The notes under the pieces are model-generated. The model had not been told where the DNA came from. It saw only the letters and a program-made list of their open reading frames with translations, and ran no database searches. Both the position numbers and the translations under genes were made by a program. Shown here one piece after another: positions 1 to 9,243 of a stretch of DNA of 64,000 nt (its first letter is position 1; each line of letters begins with the position of its first letter). Source of the stretch: a virus; IMG/VR virus record IMGVR_UViG_3300029267_001718, positions 1 to 64,000 of that record, one strand, 5' to 3'.

Positions 1-697
1 ATATACAATTCGGATCATTCCTGCCCTTCATCAAACGTTGTTCCCATTCTTCCCCGGTAATATATTCAACCGTCAATTCAACGGGGTCTTCCCCAACCAA
101 AATATAAAGCCCGGGTTTTCCCGCGGGAATTAGCGTAAAGCAAATGTCTTCGGCGAATAACTCATTGAATCTTTTCAACGTGGCGTCGTCGAAATAATGT
201 GAGTAGTGGTGGCGGGAAGGCCCCGCGTTTTGATGTAACATTCTGGGCGGTTGTATTCCGAACTTACTCCAAACCACACGCAGACTCGGTCTGAGTTGTT
301 CAAACGGAATCACGTAATTCGCTCGGAGTTTTCCGGTTTCGGGACTTATGAGAAATTCTTTTTGGAGACGTGCAAAATGATGCCACCCATAGTGGTCTTC
401 AGATTTCTGGGGTGGGTTTGCTACAACGTCCGCGAACGGTCGTTTTCGTAATGTCGGGCAGTGTAGCCAACCCGATATTGCACGGTCCCAAACGTTTCGA
501 ATTACTGTAAATTTCCAGGCGTCTTTGAACCATTGCTGATCTTCCCATAGTTCAATTTCGAAGGCTCCGATGACACAACAATCCCAACGGTCGTAGTGGT
601 GCACTTGCTCAGGTCTGAGTGCTCCTACGTTTTGTTTCAACATGCTGCGGATGGACGTTCCCGCACACTTCGGTTTGCGTAAGAAAATGACAGCCAT
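1..697 (-). CDS. Sulfotransferase (Sulfotransfer_2-like, PAPS-dependent), 3' end outside window
   Basis: Manual translation from ATG at 697 (RBS AAAGGAG): MAVIFLRKPKCAGTSIRSML (5'-PSB motif), WKFTVIRNVWDRAISGW (3'-PB motif), YVIPFEQL, LHQNAG..HYSHYFDD. No stop codon before position 1. Confidence 0.85.
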   Translation of the reverse strand, partial: MAVIFLRKPKCAGTSIRSMLKQNVGALRPEQVHHYDRWDCCVIGAFEIELWEDQQWFKDAWKFTVIRNVWDRAISGWLHCPTLRKRPFADVVANPPQKSEDHYGWHHFARLQKEFLISPETGKLRANYVIPFEQLRPSLRVVWSKFGIQPPRMLHQNAGPSRHHYSHYFDDATLKRFNELFAEDICFTLIPAGKPGLYILVGEDPVELTVEYITGEEWEQRLMKGRNDPNCI

Positions 698-765
698 GCG
701 TGACTCCTTTGTAATTTTGGGCACAACGCCAAGTCTAGCACAGTGTTGTGCGGCTGCAAAGTGGA

Positions 766-794
766 TTGACTTTTCCCCACTAGTGAGCTATTCT
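766..794 (+). promoter_or_regulatory. sigma70-type promoter
   Basis: TTGACT-17 bp-TATTCT in the divergent intergenic region. Confidence 0.55.
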
Positions 795-858
795 ATAGCT
801 TTACACGGTTCAATGAATTTTGTGAATGCGGAACGCAAAACTGAAAGGAGAATGAACC

Positions 859-1155
859 ATGCGAGGACTGTTGGTGGTCGCTGTTGTTTGTCTCGTGACG
901 TGCGGGGTTGCAATGGCGGACACCCAAGCGAAGACGTACGACAATGGAACGCAAACACTGGTCGTCGAGGCCACGGCAATTGTGCAGTCCCCGGGGGTGA
1001 CTGCTTGCGAGCGGGGCGTCTGCCCGATGCCAACGATGAAGTCAACGAGTCACACGAATTTGAAAACTTGCAGCACTACGGTCGGACGGCGAAAAGCACG
1101 CCGGTTTCTTTTCCGAAGGCGGTGTTCACACGGCGGCAGATGTCGGGGCGGATAG
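859..1155 (+). CDS. Small exported Cys/Arg-rich protein
   Basis: AAGGAG upstream, signal-peptide-like N-terminus ending AMA, basic C-terminus RRKARRFLFRRR. Confidence 0.6.
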   Translation: MRGLLVVAVVCLVTCGVAMADTQAKTYDNGTQTLVVEATAIVQSPGVTACERGVCPMPTMKSTSHTNLKTCSTTVGRRKARRFLFRRRCSHGGRCRGG

Positions 1156-1230
1156 CCCCGTACGTTGCAAGTGACACTGAACTTCGATACGATAGGAGCC
1201 AGGGGAACGTTTCCTCTGGCTCCATTTCTT

Positions 1231-1246
1231 GTGCACCCGGGGACAC
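1231..1246 (+). repeat. 16-bp quasi-palindromic dispersed motif GTGCACCCGGGGACAC
   Basis: Copies at 1231, 8403 (reverse), 18091, 29307, 42474, 44819, 57466, 60665. Confidence 0.75.
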
Positions 1247-1260
1247 CGGAAGGGAATACG

Positions 1261-1644
1261 ATGCCACAAACTTTTTTGGATAACGAACAAGTAGTTGCTG
1301 CGGTCAACGATCTGCAGGAAGTGATGCTGGAACTAGACGGCTCGGTCACTGTCGGAATGACGGGCGACGGTCAGCCGCATCTTGGAAGCATGTTGAATCT
1401 GCTCATGGAAGTGAAGCAAACGATCATCATGCTGAAGCATCAAAATCTGATCTTGCTGTCGTTCTTCGACGCAGTCATCAAGTCGTCGGAGGATGATATT
1501 TCTGACGCGGTGCTGAGTGACGCGGTGATTACGATGCGTGAAATGATCCGCGAATTCAAGGAACAAATCGCAGCCCGCCCGCCGAAGTCAAAACTCGCGA
1601 TGCCCGCGAAACCTTCTTCGATCATCACACCGCCAGGAGTGTAA
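1261..1644 (+). CDS. Hypothetical helical protein
   Basis: ATG after GGAAGGG, ends 1 nt before the next gene. Confidence 0.6.
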   Translation: MPQTFLDNEQVVAAVNDLQEVMLELDGSVTVGMTGDGQPHLGSMLNLLMEVKQTIIMLKHQNLILLSFFDAVIKSSEDDISDAVLSDAVITMREMIREFKEQIAARPPKSKLAMPAKPSSIITPPGV

Positions 1645-1645
1645 C

Positions 1646-2254
1646 ATGGGGACGTTTCTCGTTGTCGGCGGTAGCCGGGGGTACGGTTGCCAAATCGCGT
1701 TCACGTTGCAGGGCACGAAGCACAAAGTTTACACGCTGCAACGCACGCCTCCGCCTGATGGCATTTGGGGCGAAATGTGGTTTGAGCAAGATCTTGAAGA
1801 CTTCGCGAAAACGGCACTGACTGTCCACGCATTCGTCAGCGACGAAGTCGTTTTGGACGGTGTGGTCTTCGCGGCGGCAGCGAACGAGAAACGGGATCAT
1901 CGGGTGCTAAACGCGTTCGATCTCAGGGACCACCTTGAGACGAACGTGATAGCCCCGACTCTGATGCTCCGATATCTCGGTGAGCACGGCGTGCTGAAGC
2001 CGAATGGCGTGGCGATCTTCCTGTTGGATGACCGCGAGTTGGAGCCTGATCGACTTCCCTATATGGTTTCGAAGGCAGCGATCCGTCCTGTGGTCGACAC
2101 GTTCTTTCGGAGTTTTCACCACCAGATTCGGATTGTCTACGTTTGTCCACCCCCGTCCACGGTTCCCGGTTCGGAGGATATCGTCACCGAGACCATTCGG
2201 AAAGTGCTGACGGGTGAAACGGAAATCCTTGGGAATCTGATCGATTTAAGATAA
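1646..2254 (+). CDS. Short-chain dehydrogenase/reductase (divergent)
   Basis: GGSRGYG Rossmann motif, LDGVVFAAA, YMVSK catalytic motif. Confidence 0.75.
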   Translation: MGTFLVVGGSRGYGCQIAFTLQGTKHKVYTLQRTPPPDGIWGEMWFEQDLEDFAKTALTVHAFVSDEVVLDGVVFAAAANEKRDHRVLNAFDLRDHLETNVIAPTLMLRYLGEHGVLKPNGVAIFLLDDRELEPDRLPYMVSKAAIRPVVDTFFRSFHHQIRIVYVCPPPSTVPGSEDIVTETIRKVLTGETEILGNLIDLR

Positions 2255-2261
2255 ACTTGGG

Positions 2262-2290
2262 TTGACACGGTCGCCGATACCGGCTATACT
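2262..2290 (+). promoter_or_regulatory. sigma70-type promoter with palindrome GCCGATACCGGC in the spacer
   Basis: TTGACA-17 bp-TATACT; same spacer element at 54190, 57558 and 63276. Confidence 0.85.
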
Positions 2291-2326
2291 GTGGGGAAAT
2301 AAACACCACAAACCGGAGTAAGCCCA

Positions 2327-3418
2327 ATGCAACAATTGACGCTGTGGGAGGATGCTGTGTCGGATGAATTGCAACCATATTCGAAGGACGAAAAACCCAA
2401 TAAGAATTGCTACTACGTAGCAATTTCCTGTCTCCAAAAATGCGTGCGTCGGGGGTGGGTCGAGGGTGCGGTCAACTGGGCGAAAGTCGCTTGGCGGATC
2501 GATCCATATAGGTTGTTCTGCCGACTCTGGACAATCACGTTTGAGGATTGCGGGCGAGACTTGGAAACGCTACTCGCTCTGTATCGTCATCGGGGCGGGG
2601 GCAAGAAGTGGGAACCTATTGCGAAACTCGTCGAACAAATGGCGGGGGGAACTCACTGCAGGGCGGTTTCGCACGCTTCGCTGATAATGAAAAAGATCGG
2701 CGAAATCAACACGTCTCACCTGTTTGATTGTCTCAAGGACACCGAACATCGGCGGTTTATCAACCTCTGCTCAGATTGGGATTCGGAAGAACCGAATTGG
2801 GACATTTACGATGTCTGGGATTATGGGATAGGCGGGAAAAATTACGACTGGACGATTGAACTCGCACAACGGGCGAAGACGTTCGATTGGAGTGCGTTCG
2901 GGTGGTCCCTGCCGTATTTCTTCCAACGCTCGACATTTTGCCCCACAGAGACCGTATCGGACGAATGCGAGCCGCTCACGCTCTGGAATGACTTCCTACC
3001 GTTGGAAGCGTTGGACGTTCACACGCAGCCGGGAAAGCTCGCAATAGGTATTCTCTACAAACACAATCCTCTCGACTATTTCACCAAGGATCAGGCGGGG
3101 GATGCGTTGTTCTTCGCGGAGGGCTGGTTGCTGCGGAATCATTCTCCGTATCCGTACGATTGGGCGAGACTGCTGTGCGAACTCCGGAAGGATGACAACC
3201 CGGGTGGATCTTGGGCGTGGTATCTGGACCCCGAAGTCGTCGCACACACAAAAGCGGATCTGATTCCTGAGATTCTGTCGATTCGGGAATGGATGTTGGA
3301 AAAGGGCTCGATGGTGAAAGACGGCGAACGTCTTCAAATCGAATATTACAAGGATCACATTGAACTGGAGGATGCCACCCATGCCAGTCGTGGAGAAATC
3401 GAAACTGAAAGTTGCTGA
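2327..3418 (+). CDS. MgsA/RarA C-terminal-like protein without AAA+ domain
   Basis: ISCLQKCVRRGWVEGAVNWA and RLWTITFEDCG resemble RarA ISALxKSxRGxD and RLxxxAxEDIG; ALDVHT motif. Confidence 0.55.
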   Translation: MQQLTLWEDAVSDELQPYSKDEKPNKNCYYVAISCLQKCVRRGWVEGAVNWAKVAWRIDPYRLFCRLWTITFEDCGRDLETLLALYRHRGGGKKWEPIAKLVEQMAGGTHCRAVSHASLIMKKIGEINTSHLFDCLKDTEHRRFINLCSDWDSEEPNWDIYDVWDYGIGGKNYDWTIELAQRAKTFDWSAFGWSLPYFFQRSTFCPTETVSDECEPLTLWNDFLPLEALDVHTQPGKLAIGILYKHNPLDYFTKDQAGDALFFAEGWLLRNHSPYPYDWARLLCELRKDDNPGGSWAWYLDPEVVAHTKADLIPEILSIREWMLEKGSMVKDGERLQIEYYKDHIELEDATHASRGEIETESC

Positions 3419-3563
3419 TCGCGTGACGTTCGTCAATGCGTCACGCGTGGAAATCGGAACCATTTTGAAGATCCGCGAGGGTATCGCGTACGTGCGTGCG
3501 GACAATCCTAGAATTGTGCGTCTTGTGGAACGACCACTTGATGAGTTAGAATCTTTTGGGTAG
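3381..3563 (+). CDS. Small beta-rich (SH3/KOW-like) hypothetical protein
   Basis: GGAGGA RBS; LKVADRVTF...GTILKI pattern. Confidence 0.5.
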   Translation: MPVVEKSKLKVADRVTFVNASRVEIGTILKIREGIAYVRADNPRIVRLVERPLDELESFG

Positions 3564-3564
3564 T

Positions 3565-3747
3565 TGGCTTGCTGGCTCAGCCACCGGAGCACTACGGGGT
3601 GAGCGTTGCGATTTGGCGTGTAGGATGAAGCATTGTGCCCCTGTGGGGCAAGGATCAAACGCGACGGAACACCCTCGGGCGATTGCTCGGCTTGGAGGAA
3701 AATGAGTGTCACTATCCTAGCGGGAGAGAACATCCGACACTCCCGCT
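3565..3747 (+). ncRNA. Putative structured RNA or cis-regulatory leader
   Basis: Nested complementary segments, a possible pseudoknot and two competing 3' hairpins in a ~200-nt intergenic gap. Confidence 0.4.
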
Positions 3748-3772
3748 GAATATTTGAACCGGAGTATGATTG

Positions 3773-4444
3773 ATGCAGTATTTAATTACTGGAACGTCTT
3801 ATGGTTTGGGGGCAGCGATTGCCGAAGCGGTTGTGGGGAAGGGCAACGCGGTTCTGACTTGTTCGCGGACTGAACCCAGGAAAATGAAACTGCAAAACTG
3901 GGTGCGGTGCGACATGTCCCGAAGTCAGGATATCAACCACGTGATTGACTTCGCTCGTGCAACGCAATACCACTTTCAAGGCGTTGTTTTCAACGCTGCA
4001 ATCGCGGACAAATCCGTAGACCAATGGAAGCCTGAGCAAATTCGTCGGCACATGGAGACGAATTTTTTCGGGATCGCGGAAATGTTCCACAAGTTGCGGT
4101 TGTTCAATCTACTCCATAGCGAAGTCTGCAATGTGGTCTTGCTGTCTTCGTTTCTGCAGAATGGTAACGCACGCCAACCCGCATACGCGGCGAGCAAGGC
4201 AGCGTTGTGGTCTTGGATGCGATCCTTCACGTTGGCACAAACGGCCAGCGGAAATGCCGAGAACATCCAGATGAACATGATTTGGCCTGGACGCGTGGAA
4301 ACGCCAGCGAATCCGAAGCGTGAGCTACCTGATGGCGATCCGAATCTATTCCGCAAACCCGAGGAAGTAGTGCCGATTGTGATGCACTATTTGACACTGC
4401 CAAAGGGCGGTCCTCGTGGAACCGTTTACGACATGGGAAGATGA
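3773..4444 (+). CDS. Short-chain dehydrogenase/reductase
   Basis: TGTSYGLG, NAA, LLSS, YAASK, PG motifs. Confidence 0.85.
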   Translation: MQYLITGTSYGLGAAIAEAVVGKGNAVLTCSRTEPRKMKLQNWVRCDMSRSQDINHVIDFARATQYHFQGVVFNAAIADKSVDQWKPEQIRRHMETNFFGIAEMFHKLRLFNLLHSEVCNVVLLSSFLQNGNARQPAYAASKAALWSWMRSFTLAQTASGNAENIQMNMIWPGRVETPANPKRELPDGDPNLFRKPEEVVPIVMHYLTLPKGGPRGTVYDMGR

Positions 4445-4525
4445 ACTAATATGGAGGGGCTGGCTTCTCCGTCTAGCGTGGAGTCCCCCCCAACTCCACG
4501 TGGTTGGCCAAACAGTAGGTGAATC

Positions 4526-4867
4526 ATGTACGGACTTATTCTGGTCGTTGCGTTGTTGGGTGAGACTGAACGCGAAGCGTGTGAACGTCTCGCTCCGCAA
4601 ATGAACGGTAAGACTGAAGTCTTGATGCCTGACGAAACGCGGTGCGATATTCTCACGGAGTCGACGGCGTGGGAAGTGGATTGGGCGGACAAATGGGCGG
4701 AGGGCGTTGGCCAAGCGTTGCTCTATTCGATCTGGACGGGCAAAGATCCCGGGTTGTTGCTGCTTGTGAAGGATTGGCGAAAAGAAAAAGTTCATATCTT
4801 GCGGGCGAAAATGGTCTGCGAAAAAGTGGGCGTGAAATTCCGAATTGATTTCAGCGATAAGGATTAG
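4526..4867 (+). CDS. Hypothetical protein, PD-(D/E)XK-like fold with hydrophobic N-terminus
   Basis: TRCDILT..AWEVD..KWAEGVGQALLY pattern. Confidence 0.5.
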   Translation: MYGLILVVALLGETEREACERLAPQMNGKTEVLMPDETRCDILTESTAWEVDWADKWAEGVGQALLYSIWTGKDPGLLLLVKDWRKEKVHILRAKMVCEKVGVKFRIDFSDKD

Positions 4868-4870
4868 GAA

Positions 4871-5326
4871 ATGTATCGCGAACCTCGCTCGAAAATACTT
4901 GAGACATCCTGCAATCCCGTCACGCTGGACGACGGGCGAGGCGGAATCTTCACAGGGTTTCCGGTATTCGAACAGAAGATCGTGGAATTCAACGCTATCT
5001 TCACGAACCCGGGCAAGCAACGCGGTTTTCACATGCATCCGGAATTCAATGAATACGTGTTAGTGATGTCCGGACATGGAGCGTATGTCGAATATGACCC
5101 CGGGTGCACAAGCGAGTCGGTGATGGGTGGTGAGGATCTTGTTTTTGAACCGACGAAACACGTCTTCAAGATGGGTCCAGGCGACTGCATTTATTTTCCG
5201 AGAAACACGTATCACACGTTCTACGCGATCACTGAAGTAGCGATGGTTGCGATGTTAGATAAGAAATGGGACGATTGCGACGTTCCGCTTGTTCCTCTCG
5301 ATGTGGAGGCTTTTGTCGATGGCTGA
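4871..5326 (+). CDS. Cupin-domain protein (possible NDP-sugar isomerase/epimerase)
   Basis: RGFHMH...EY and GDCIYFPRNTYH cupin motifs; sugar-pathway context. Confidence 0.75.
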   Translation: MYREPRSKILETSCNPVTLDDGRGGIFTGFPVFEQKIVEFNAIFTNPGKQRGFHMHPEFNEYVLVMSGHGAYVEYDPGCTSESVMGGEDLVFEPTKHVFKMGPGDCIYFPRNTYHTFYAITEVAMVAMLDKKWDDCDVPLVPLDVEAFVDG

Positions 5327-5498
5327 GTATCGATTTTTGAAAAAGGACGAGATCATTCAGGAAGGCGACGAAGTCGACGCGTGTGGGGACGGTTGGCGGG
5401 ATGACCCGAAGTGGGAGCCTGCAACGTGCATCGGTCAACCCGCTCCTGATCCTGCGTACCCGAGTCATCGGATATATCGACGGAAAATTTCAGAATGA
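5319..5498 (+). CDS. Small hypothetical phage protein
   Basis: GGAGG RBS; overlaps both neighbours. Confidence 0.55.
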   Translation: MAEYRFLKKDEIIQEGDEVDACGDGWRDDPKWEPATCIGQPAPDPAYPSHRIYRRKISE

Positions 5499-6931
5499 GA
5501 TTTCTCTACGATCACTATTTCTACGCGTCGAAAAGCATCCACGGGATTAGTTCGTTCTCGCTGATCCGTAGTTTGGCTCATGGTTGTCGGCGACTCGGGG
5601 AAACGGTTGCAATTGACTACGCGGCTCCGAAGGTTGCGAAGGATTCGATTCAGTGGGATGCTGACGACTTGCGGGGGTGCGGTCTGTTTCCGCATGAGTT
5701 GGGACCGTCGAAGATGCCTCGCGAACCTTATCCGTTCTTCGAACCTGAGTACGTGCGATTCATTCGTGACAAGAATTATGCAGCGGACTTCCTTCTGACG
5801 AAAACGTATGCCCATGTTCCGAGTCTCTGCACGCTACAGCACACTCTCGCGTCGAAATGGGAGTTGTTCCTGCCGTTGCCGATCATCAACTATTTCACGG
5901 AGACGACGCTGGACGATGCACTGTGCAAGTGGGGACTGAACGAGGACTATGCTGCGGGATCGATTGCGTTGAGTGCGGCGTGCTGTCCGATGTTTGTGTT
6001 GAATCCGTTTGACATTCAGGAAGTTCGGCGATTGATTCGACGATACCTGTCGTCGTCGCTGGTTGGCAAAGCGTTGGAAAATATCCACGTTGTTCCCCCG
6101 TCGTTCGAAGCTGACTATATCGATTCTCAAATCCCGCTCTGGGAAGCTGAACGGCGTGAGCGTCGGTTGTCGGGACGGATCAACGTTTTTCACGGCGGGG
6201 CAGTCGATCCGAAACGACACGTCACGGATCTAGTGAACGCGGTTGAGGAAGTGCGTCGTACGGGTGCGGACGTGCATGTGCATTTGGTCACGCAAACGAG
6301 TCAAAAATTTGAGCAACCTTGGGTGCACTGTGTAAACAACTGCAGCGGGCGGGACTACATAGACCAATTCGGCAAGGGTGACATTCTCTGGATGGCAGCG
6401 GACTACGAAGGCACGGGTCTGGGGTATATGGAAGCGATGCGTTCTGGCATGATTCCGATCTGCAACGAGAAAGCGTTGTGGGTTGTGCACCGAATGCCAG
6501 GAGGTTACCCGTTTTTCTTCAGAAATTTCTCGTCGGAACATCACCTGATGCTTGGGGCGATGGTCAAGCGGTTCGCGGAGTTCAAGGATTCGTGGCAACC
6601 TGAGATCATTGCCAAGGCGGGGGAGTGGTCGTCTGAACCTGTCGCCCGCACGTTTCTCGACACGGCGGCGAAGGTTATCAAACCTTACACAGAGAGTAAC
6701 ATCGAAACCGCTAAACGCTGTTTCGCTTTCAAGTTTTTGCGTACGGCGGATGAGCGTGGTCTACTCCCTGAACGTGTGACGCTCGCGGACGTTCTTCCCA
6801 TTATGACTTCAGTGACGGATAAGGAATTTCCGTTTGAGTGGGTAGGTCATCGCGGGATCAAATACATGCTTCAGGCGTTGGGATATTCGGACACGTGCGA
6901 ATCCTCTGAGATCATTATGGAAAGGACTTAG
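5495..6931 (+). CDS. GT-B (GT4-like) glycosyltransferase
   Basis: FHGGAVDPKRH and YEGTGLGYMEAM (EX7E motif). Confidence 0.75.
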   Translation: MRFLYDHYFYASKSIHGISSFSLIRSLAHGCRRLGETVAIDYAAPKVAKDSIQWDADDLRGCGLFPHELGPSKMPREPYPFFEPEYVRFIRDKNYAADFLLTKTYAHVPSLCTLQHTLASKWELFLPLPIINYFTETTLDDALCKWGLNEDYAAGSIALSAACCPMFVLNPFDIQEVRRLIRRYLSSSLVGKALENIHVVPPSFEADYIDSQIPLWEAERRERRLSGRINVFHGGAVDPKRHVTDLVNAVEEVRRTGADVHVHLVTQTSQKFEQPWVHCVNNCSGRDYIDQFGKGDILWMAADYEGTGLGYMEAMRSGMIPICNEKALWVVHRMPGGYPFFFRNFSSEHHLMLGAMVKRFAEFKDSWQPEIIAKAGEWSSEPVARTFLDTAAKVIKPYTESNIETAKRCFAFKFLRTADERGLLPERVTLADVLPIMTSVTDKEFPFEWVGHRGIKYMLQALGYSDTCESSEIIMERT

Positions 6932-6933
6932 TT

Positions 6934-7863
6934 GTGAACGTTTTGATAACTGGTGGTGCGGGATTCAAGGGCGTGGTCTTGACTGAAATGCTGGCGAGAT
7001 TGTCGGCGGGTCACGAGATCGTGGTCATCGACAATTTTCGTTGGGGGTTGAGTCCAGTATTGACATTGTTTCAATACCCGAACGTGAAAATCGTTAAGGG
7101 CGACGTTCGCGACAAGCAACTGATGGAAGGCTACGTTCTCGGGGCGGACGTGATTATCAACCTTGCAGGGATCGTCGGCTATCCGGAATGTGCTCGGTTC
7201 GAACGCGAAGCCCGCGAAGTCAATGTCGATGCGGTCTATCAATTGGCGGATATGGTGAAGCCGTCGCAGAAATTCATTCAAGCCTCGACGGGATCTGTCT
7301 ACGGCAAGTTGGATGACACGTGCACCGAAACCAGCGGGACGAATCCGCTGACGGTCTACGGCGAGACAAACTTGGAAGCGGAAACTCCGGTCTTGGGGGC
7401 GGGTGGGATCTGTCTGCGATTCGCGACAGCGTTCGGCATTAGCCCGTGTATGCGGTTTGATCTTCTGCCGAACTTCTTCAGCTTTCGGGCAGTGCATGAT
7501 CGATACCTCGTTGTGTACGAAGCTGAAGCACGGCGGACGTTCATCGACACCTACGACATGGCGAGGGCTTACCTCTTCGCAATAGACCACTACGAGGCTA
7601 TGAAGGGCGGAATCTTCAACGTCGGTGACGAACGTCTCAACGTCAACAAGGGCGATGTCGCCGAGTGGGTCTGCGAACTCACCGGGGCGGATCTCTTCAT
7701 CGAATCAGTGGGCAAGGATCTGGACGCTCGCGATTACGAAGTCAGCTACGCGAAAATCAACGCTCTCGGCTACTTCTGCCAGCATACTGTGCAGGACCGA
7801 CTTCCGCTGATCGTCAAAATTGCCGAGTTGTATGATCGGCGGGACAATTGGCGAATTGGTTGA
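6934..7863 (+). CDS. NAD-dependent NDP-sugar epimerase/dehydratase
   Basis: TGGAGFKG, NLAGIVG, ASTGSVYG, LRFATAFG, RTFID, FNVG; catalytic motif reads YGETN. Confidence 0.9.
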   Translation: MNVLITGGAGFKGVVLTEMLARLSAGHEIVVIDNFRWGLSPVLTLFQYPNVKIVKGDVRDKQLMEGYVLGADVIINLAGIVGYPECARFEREAREVNVDAVYQLADMVKPSQKFIQASTGSVYGKLDDTCTETSGTNPLTVYGETNLEAETPVLGAGGICLRFATAFGISPCMRFDLLPNFFSFRAVHDRYLVVYEAEARRTFIDTYDMARAYLFAIDHYEAMKGGIFNVGDERLNVNKGDVAEWVCELTGADLFIESVGKDLDARDYEVSYAKINALGYFCQHTVQDRLPLIVKIAELYDRRDNWRIG

Positions 7864-7984
7864 AAATTCTTTTTAGTGTGTGAAACCCGAACGAAAAGGC
7901 ACTTCCGAACTAGACACTTTGGAAAATGTGAATAGTAGCAGTGCCTAAATTGCTAGCAGCCTAAGAATTGGGCAGGAGCGGAAA

Positions 7985-9115
7985 ATGTTGGAGGGATTGA
8001 AGGTTTCATTCACCCCTGCGGTGGTCAATCAAGCTGTGGCGAACGTTCGAAACTGCTTGGAGTCGGGGCGGCTCATTCACGAGCGATATGTGCCGGAACT
8101 GGAACAGAAAATTCTTCGGATGATTCCCGGGGCGATGTATGTCGTTACGACGTTAAGCAACACGGCGGGGCATGAGGTTTTGTTCCACGTACTCTCGCAC
8201 AATTACGGGGCGAGGGGTTGGAAGATTGTTTTTCCAGCGAACGCGTTTGCGGCTCCGGTCTTCGCGGCGGAGCGTGCGGGATTCAAACCGATCTTCTGTG
8301 ATATCAACCCAGAGACGACGGACTACAATCTCGATGAGCTATCCAGCATCTTGGCACTGCATCGTGATGTCTTCGCGATTTCAGTGCTGTCCGGAAATGG
8401 TCGTGTCCCCGGGTGCATTCCTGAACTTCACACGTTGGCACACCACCACGGAGCGAAACTGATCGAAGACGCGGCTCATTCGTTCGGGGCGAAACGCGAG
8501 GAATTCTACTCAGGCAATTGGGCGGACTTTACGGTTTTGTCGTTCAATCCAACGAAGCCTGTAGGATTCGGTCAAGCGGGTGCGGTCGTCGGGTTTGATC
8601 CTTCGGTGATGGATGACGTACGGCAGTGGGCACATTACGGTAAGACGGCGATGTTTGGAGCGTCTTCGCCCGTTGTCCCGGGATTCAATTTGAAGATGGT
8701 CGATATCTACGCGGCGATTGGTTGTGCAGTGTTGGACGACGCACCACGCATTCTCGCGGCAAGGCGTGTAGTCGCTGATTGGTACGCGGAACATCTTCCG
8801 CACATGGTGAGACAATTCGACAACGCGGAGTCGACGTTCTACAAGTTTCCGGTTGAACTTCCGGAAGGCATCGACCGCAAAAAATTTGAGGATCTCATGC
8901 GTGCACGCGGGATCGGTTTGTCGGGTAATACAATCACTGAGCCGACACCGTTCCAGCCAGCGTTGTCGGGCGAATGGGACACCGAAAAATTCCCGGGCGT
9001 TGAGCGGCACCTTGCACGCACGGTTTGTTTGCCGATGCACGAGGGCGTGAGCCTCGACCATGTGAAGTCAATCTCTCGTTTGATTCCTGATGTTTTGGAC
9101 AGGATGACACACTAA
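7985..9115 (+). CDS. DegT/DnrJ/EryC1/StrS-family PLP sugar aminotransferase
   Basis: IEDAAHSFGA, SFNPTK (PLP lysine), GFNLKM, CLPMH. Confidence 0.9.
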   Translation: MLEGLKVSFTPAVVNQAVANVRNCLESGRLIHERYVPELEQKILRMIPGAMYVVTTLSNTAGHEVLFHVLSHNYGARGWKIVFPANAFAAPVFAAERAGFKPIFCDINPETTDYNLDELSSILALHRDVFAISVLSGNGRVPGCIPELHTLAHHHGAKLIEDAAHSFGAKREEFYSGNWADFTVLSFNPTKPVGFGQAGAVVGFDPSVMDDVRQWAHYGKTAMFGASSPVVPGFNLKMVDIYAAIGCAVLDDAPRILAARRVVADWYAEHLPHMVRQFDNAESTFYKFPVELPEGIDRKKFEDLMRARGIGLSGNTITEPTPFQPALSGEWDTEKFPGVERHLARTVCLPMHEGVSLDHVKSISRLIPDVLDRMTH

Positions 9116-9243
9116 TGCAGTCAGTAAATGATGTTCCAAAGGTTGTGATGATTATGCGTCCGGTCGACGGCGGGCGTGCAGTCATTGGTTCGGTCGATTG
9201 TCCACACTGCGGGTCTTGGGTGGATGTGGAGACAATTCAATGA
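9115..9243 (+). CDS. 42-aa hypothetical protein with CPHC motif
   Basis: Fills the gap with TAATG and ATGA overlaps; below ORF-track cutoff. Confidence 0.4.
   Translation: MQSVNDVPKVVMIMRPVDGGRAVIGSVDCPHCGSWVDVETIQ

Noticed and set aside
642-1283. 213-aa + strand ORF
   Set aside because: Overlaps the sulfotransferase start, a promoter and the better-supported 859 ORF; no recognisable motifs.
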